Assembly: GCF_040938485.1 (NCBI RefSeq)
Contig: NW_027271340.1
Span: 2,046,001 to 2,110,000, forward strand
Direction of reading: 5' to 3'
Length of the DNA stretch: 64,000 bases
Source: Diadema antillarum
Taxonomy: Eukaryota
Shown piece after piece: positions 59,313-64,000 of the stretch (positions are counted from its first letter, which is position 1; each line of letters opens with the position of its first letter). Both the position numbers and the translations under genes were made by a program. Below the pieces are notes generated by a model. The model saw only the letters and a program-made list of their open reading frames with translations, had not been told where the DNA came from and searched no databases.

Positions 59313-59842
59313 CACTGCAAAAAGTCCGGTGTTAAATAGTGAACACCGAGCTGGTGTTAAATTTTCGGTGCTCATTTATGGTGTTAAATTAACACCTACG
59401 GGTGTTATTTCCAAATTTTAAACTGTTTTAAACGAGTTTCTTAGTAACTGCACTTCTTGTTGATTTTTAATTTAAACAAGACGATCAAGAATTTTACATT
59501 AAAATACTAGATTTTTGAAAAAATGTGAAAATAAATTTACACCAAAGTAACACCAGCTGGTGTGGTCTCTTATTGAAGCTGGACGGGTGTTAAACCATTG
59601 ATATTAACACCAACAAATATCAAATCAACACCATGTGGTGTCATTTTTGAATTAACACCAGTACAGTGTCAAAATAACACCAGGTACAGTGTCAAATTAA
59701 CACCACGAAGTGTCAGGTGAACACTTTTCAACACCATCACAGTGCATTTTTAACACCTGTGGGTGTGGTCCTTTATTGAAGTTTGATCGGTGTTAGATTT
59801 AACACCCGTGGTGTTAAATCTAACACCGATGTTTTTACAGTG
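59313..59842. mobile_element. CACTA/EnSpm-like MITE
   Basis: TA|CACTGCAAAAA...TTTTTACAGTG|TA with dense AACACC/GGTGTT subterminal repeats. Confidence 0.75.
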
Positions 59843-62800
59843 TACTAACATATTCAAATAATACTATAGTAGTGCAAGCATTTATACAGGCTATTTTTTT
59901 CCTGATCACAACCATCAGGCAAGCTTGTCCGTATAGTTGCCGGAAACAAAACAAAACAAGAACCAGACGGTATGGCATGCAATTAAGATAATTATGAATC
60001 CCATCGAGATCGTGGATATCATGGGGTATTATAGGAACATATCAATTTAACTTTTTTTTTTTTTTTTTTAGCTATTCCCATAGGGAAACATAAGTTTGAA
60101 AACATCATCCGTCGGTCATTATATACGTATAAATAAGCTGCTTCGAACAATAACGAAGGGAATATTTATTTTTCTGCCAGTTCGTCATTCATATGTGAAT
60201 GATCGTCCACATAATTATTCGCACCCATTCGACATCACAATATTCGTGATAAAGAACTCTCCCGCAGTGTAGGCGGCGTCCGTAGTATATGTCAGGTCAC
60301 TGAACAGACATTCAAAAGAAAATAATAATCTCTAAAGATGTGATCCCTCCGATTTCCCAAAGTCAAGTTCTTCTCAGGAATTCCGTTACAAACACTATGC
60401 TGCTTACATGAAAATGAATCCCGAGCCAGTCAATGTAGTCTAAAAAGAAAGAGTTACATTTTATAAGCACTGCAGTGAAAATTTTCTCAAAACCAGATAC
60501 AGGATTGAGGAAAATTGTGAAATTTTGACTGGCCCTAATTTTTGCAAAACAGTTCCGTAACAGTTTGAATATGCAAAGTCATTAGCCGAAGATGTCATCA
60601 CGTTATCCATTTTTCTTTGATTGTGGACAATAACAATGATGAAATTTTAATTTTTCTGATATATAACTTGAAACATGATGCCATTTTTGGCTAAATAACT
60701 GGCTTCAAAATAATGATCAGTCAGATAAAACTGCGAGGTAAAATGCTTTCGAACAATACAACCGGAAATCTTGAGTGTGTGAGGCGCATAATAATCCGAC
60801 ATTAACTCACTCATTTACGTATTCATGTATTGACTTTTCAAGATTTTTTCCCCTTAAAATATGCGGCGATTCAAATTTTCATTACTTCTGTAATTTCATG
60901 CGACTTTTGATCGAATTTTGACTATTGTGCTTGTCCAATGTATGCTATTCTATCTTTTCAGACTATTTTTAGGCTGGTCCGGAATTTCAGCATCTGTTAT
61001 TATGCAATATCTTCACTGAAAACAAACTACTGTAAATCTGTATCTTTTCTCCCGAACATCACGCTTTTGATTGGTTACACCATGGGCCCATTCTCAAATT
61101 TAGGAAGTCTAATGACGTCACATAATAGCAAAATGATCTGTTTACTCGCGACAAAACTCTGCAACGTGTAAATTTGGTCAAACGGCGCGCTGGTGCTTAC
61201 GTCATTATTGCTTTGTATGATCTGAAATACAGTAGATGACTAAGATCTTGTTAACGATAGGCCCATAGGGTACGCAGTGCGCGATGCAATTTTACATGTT
61301 TCAAACATTCCAACATAGAATGTTTTAATATTTCCAGATGACTTTAGTCGTTATATTATATTCAATCATTATATGACGGAGATTTAGCTAAGGCTTACTA
61401 AAAACACATTGGATTAATGTTCCGAATTCGATGTATGTTGAGTTGGCCACCGAAGAGTGTTATGCACTGCACAGAACCTCAGTTAGTCTAATTTCTAAAC
61501 TTTTTTCATTTTTGTTGTAAACGTTACGCGACTTCCTGGCCACGATCCTGACGACACAATATCTGTACACTGGTCCTGTCTATCCGATCCGGTTGTCACG
61601 CACGACTGCAACAGAAAACAGTCCAGAAGCTAGACTATGTCCTCATGCCCGAAAATTCCCATTACCGAGCGATAAATGTAGTCTATTTTTAGTTGTTGAT
61701 ATATATTTTTAGAAGATTTTGGAGAAATGGTGTACTAAAATGATATTTTTTTAATCTAAAATAAATCAAAATAATTATAGATATTTATATTATACCCTTG
61801 AGACCATAAATGAAGTGTTTTAATCATAATCAGATCTTAGAATTGATATAATTTCCTACTATCGACTATGTTGTAGGTCATACATTGTCGTCATTTGTTA
61901 TTTTCTTCGATAGCCAAATCATTTACTGTACTTATCACCTGGAACGAAAGAGCATTTCACTGTTTTGCTTGTGTTAAATAACTGAAGTTACGCTTGATAT
62001 TGCGCATAATTCTTGAAATATCTGACAGCTGCAAGAATCAGATGTCTTTGAATAAGTTTGCATGTGAGTAAAAGCTTCTTTGACCAATTTATTTCATCTT
62101 TGTGGAGAGTTGTTGACGAAGCGTAGACAGAGACGAGCGACATGACAGTGCAGTGAGGAGCGTGAGACTGCTGTAAATGTAGTGCTGAACCGTGTGAACA
62201 GGAATGTTTCATACGTACTAAATACTACTGTGCAGTTGTGTACACATCATCACAGTTACTTTTTTACCTTTTTGGTATTACTAAACCAGCCAGCCTTGTT
62301 TATACACAGCCCAGTCTCTGTAAAAATCGCGTTTTTACAGCGACTGTGCTGTGTATAGTTACATCACAGTTAACAGTTTACACTCTTAGCGACTTATTTG
62401 TAATTGTAGTTGTAAACTTATCTTATTAAAACTGTCCAAAATTCGACCATAACAATGTCAATGCCATAAGTACCACACCGGGTCATAATTTGAGTGGTTG
62501 ACTGCGACTGCCAGCTCAACAACATAATTTGTTTATATTTATATATTCTAAATTACATTATTACATAAATGTAACGGCAATTACCATTATATACAAAAGT
62601 CGCCACTACCTGAAGTCGCCAGACATTCACATCGCATACATTAATGCACGCCGCGATCGGAGATCAGATTGGCGATTGGAGACCGTATATGTAACACTTA
62701 ACAGGTGACAAAACCATTTTTAATGCGAGAATGTTGTGATTTCGAATGGATTTCAGGTGGCAGATTAACAAAGTTTTTCAAACGCGTATAGTCTACATGC

Positions 62801-64000
62801 GCTATTCAAATACGTGGCGCGCTATGGGCGGCGAACTACAGTGCCTATCGTTAGTTTGCCAACCCGGGAGTGCATAGGAAATACACACAAGTGGTGACTA
62901 AGTGGTAATTGACATTAGAAACCTTTCTTCTTCTGTTCACTGCACATGTACAGTCCTCTTTGTAAAAAAGAATGCAGGCTTGAATGGTAGGCCTACAACA
63001 AGATACTCTACAAATTGTAAACTTGAGAGTATTTTGTCGTAGGCCTACCAAGCCTGCATTCTTGTTTTAGCACGCTGTTGAATTTTGGTATGGACAGGCG
63101 GTAGGCTCCTACTATAAATCACTTATTTGGCATGGAAAAGCATTGATGTTGTTCGTCAACAAAGCAACTCGCTCTTTGTGAGCTTACAGTTAATAATACA
63201 CCTTTGCGCTGCACAATTGAAGTTCGGCATTAATATAAGGGTAGATATCTACCACTATGGTGTCTTTCAAGTCAAGTAGAGAGACTGATTTTACTGTAAA
63301 CATGGAAATATTTGCAGTAGGTACATTCATTTTTGCATATTTCAAGTTACTTTTGGCTGGTAGGAATTCCAGAACTGGTGAAGATGTTGCAGTTTTCTCA
63401 ACACATTTTAAATGGGTTGAACTGTGCACTCCATCAGTGATGCCTCCCTGGTATGATAACCGCACCAGTGACCCTAACATGTACCTGTTACTGGTTGTAA
63501 CAGCACCCTGGGGTTATGGTATTAGAGTCATGAGTGAATGTGTGTGTGTGTGTATGCAAGTGTCCTAGGACTATTACATATTATTAGTAGTACAATGTAC
63601 ATTCATGTGTGCATGCTGTAGTTTATGTGCATCCTGTACATTGGAGTGGATCGAATGGGGCAGCACATCAATTTTCATGTGGGGAAATGTCAATTCAGAT
63701 TCTGCCTTTTCTGTGAATTTGATAAAAAGCACAAGTAAATGATTATGCAGCACAAATTTATGAACCCTGAGCCACTTAGTGTGAAAATAAATCATGCTAA
63801 AATATTGGCATTTAATACACTAATTGGGAGCTAAAGTGGAAATTTTCGCGGTGGTCAAATTTTTGTGCATTTCGCGCAACCAGAACCTAGCGAGAAAATA
63901 AAAGCACGCGAATATTTTTGCTTGCCATTTGTTCCAGTAGTTGATGTTTTTATTCCGCAGAATTAAAAACACGCAAAACTCTTCTTACCCGGCTGAGCAC

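Noticed and set aside
63190-63568. Overlapping ~100-aa ORFs on both strands
   Set aside because: Partly MITE-derived, with no recognisable protein motif or convincing splice sites.

Overview
Eukaryotic, intron-rich, AT-rich animal genomic DNA. The TE repertoire resembles that of invertebrate deuterostomes such as sea urchins; this is an inference. Four spliced host genes could be reconstructed by hand. ACP6 (-) has 5 coding exons found and a 3' part not found in the window. It lies head-to-head with a complete 6-exon HDHD2 (+, 259 aa). SNAPC5 (+, 3 exons) lies tail-to-tail with GTF2A2/TFIIA-gamma (-, 3 exons). The largest feature is an intact, very young LTR retrotransposon (3498-10832; 1123-bp LTRs, ATTA TSD, one 1.5-kaa gag-pol ORF) with the unusual PR-IN-RT-RH order of Gmr1-like Ty3/Gypsy elements. 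It is nested in a non-autonomous TIR element, which itself splits an older repeat. A second, decayed Gypsy element (29059-33197) has canonical domain order and two complementary half-LTRs. Two long, near-perfect fold-back palindromes (747 bp and 1397 bp) have related termini, 4-bp TSDs and iterated palindromic subterminal motifs; each sits in the first coding intron of a housekeeping gene. The rest is Helentron-associated (HINE/DINE-1-like) elements, many MITEs, tandem repeats, microsatellites and two assembly gaps. No rRNA, tRNA or CRISPR array was seen. All alignments and counts were done by eye.
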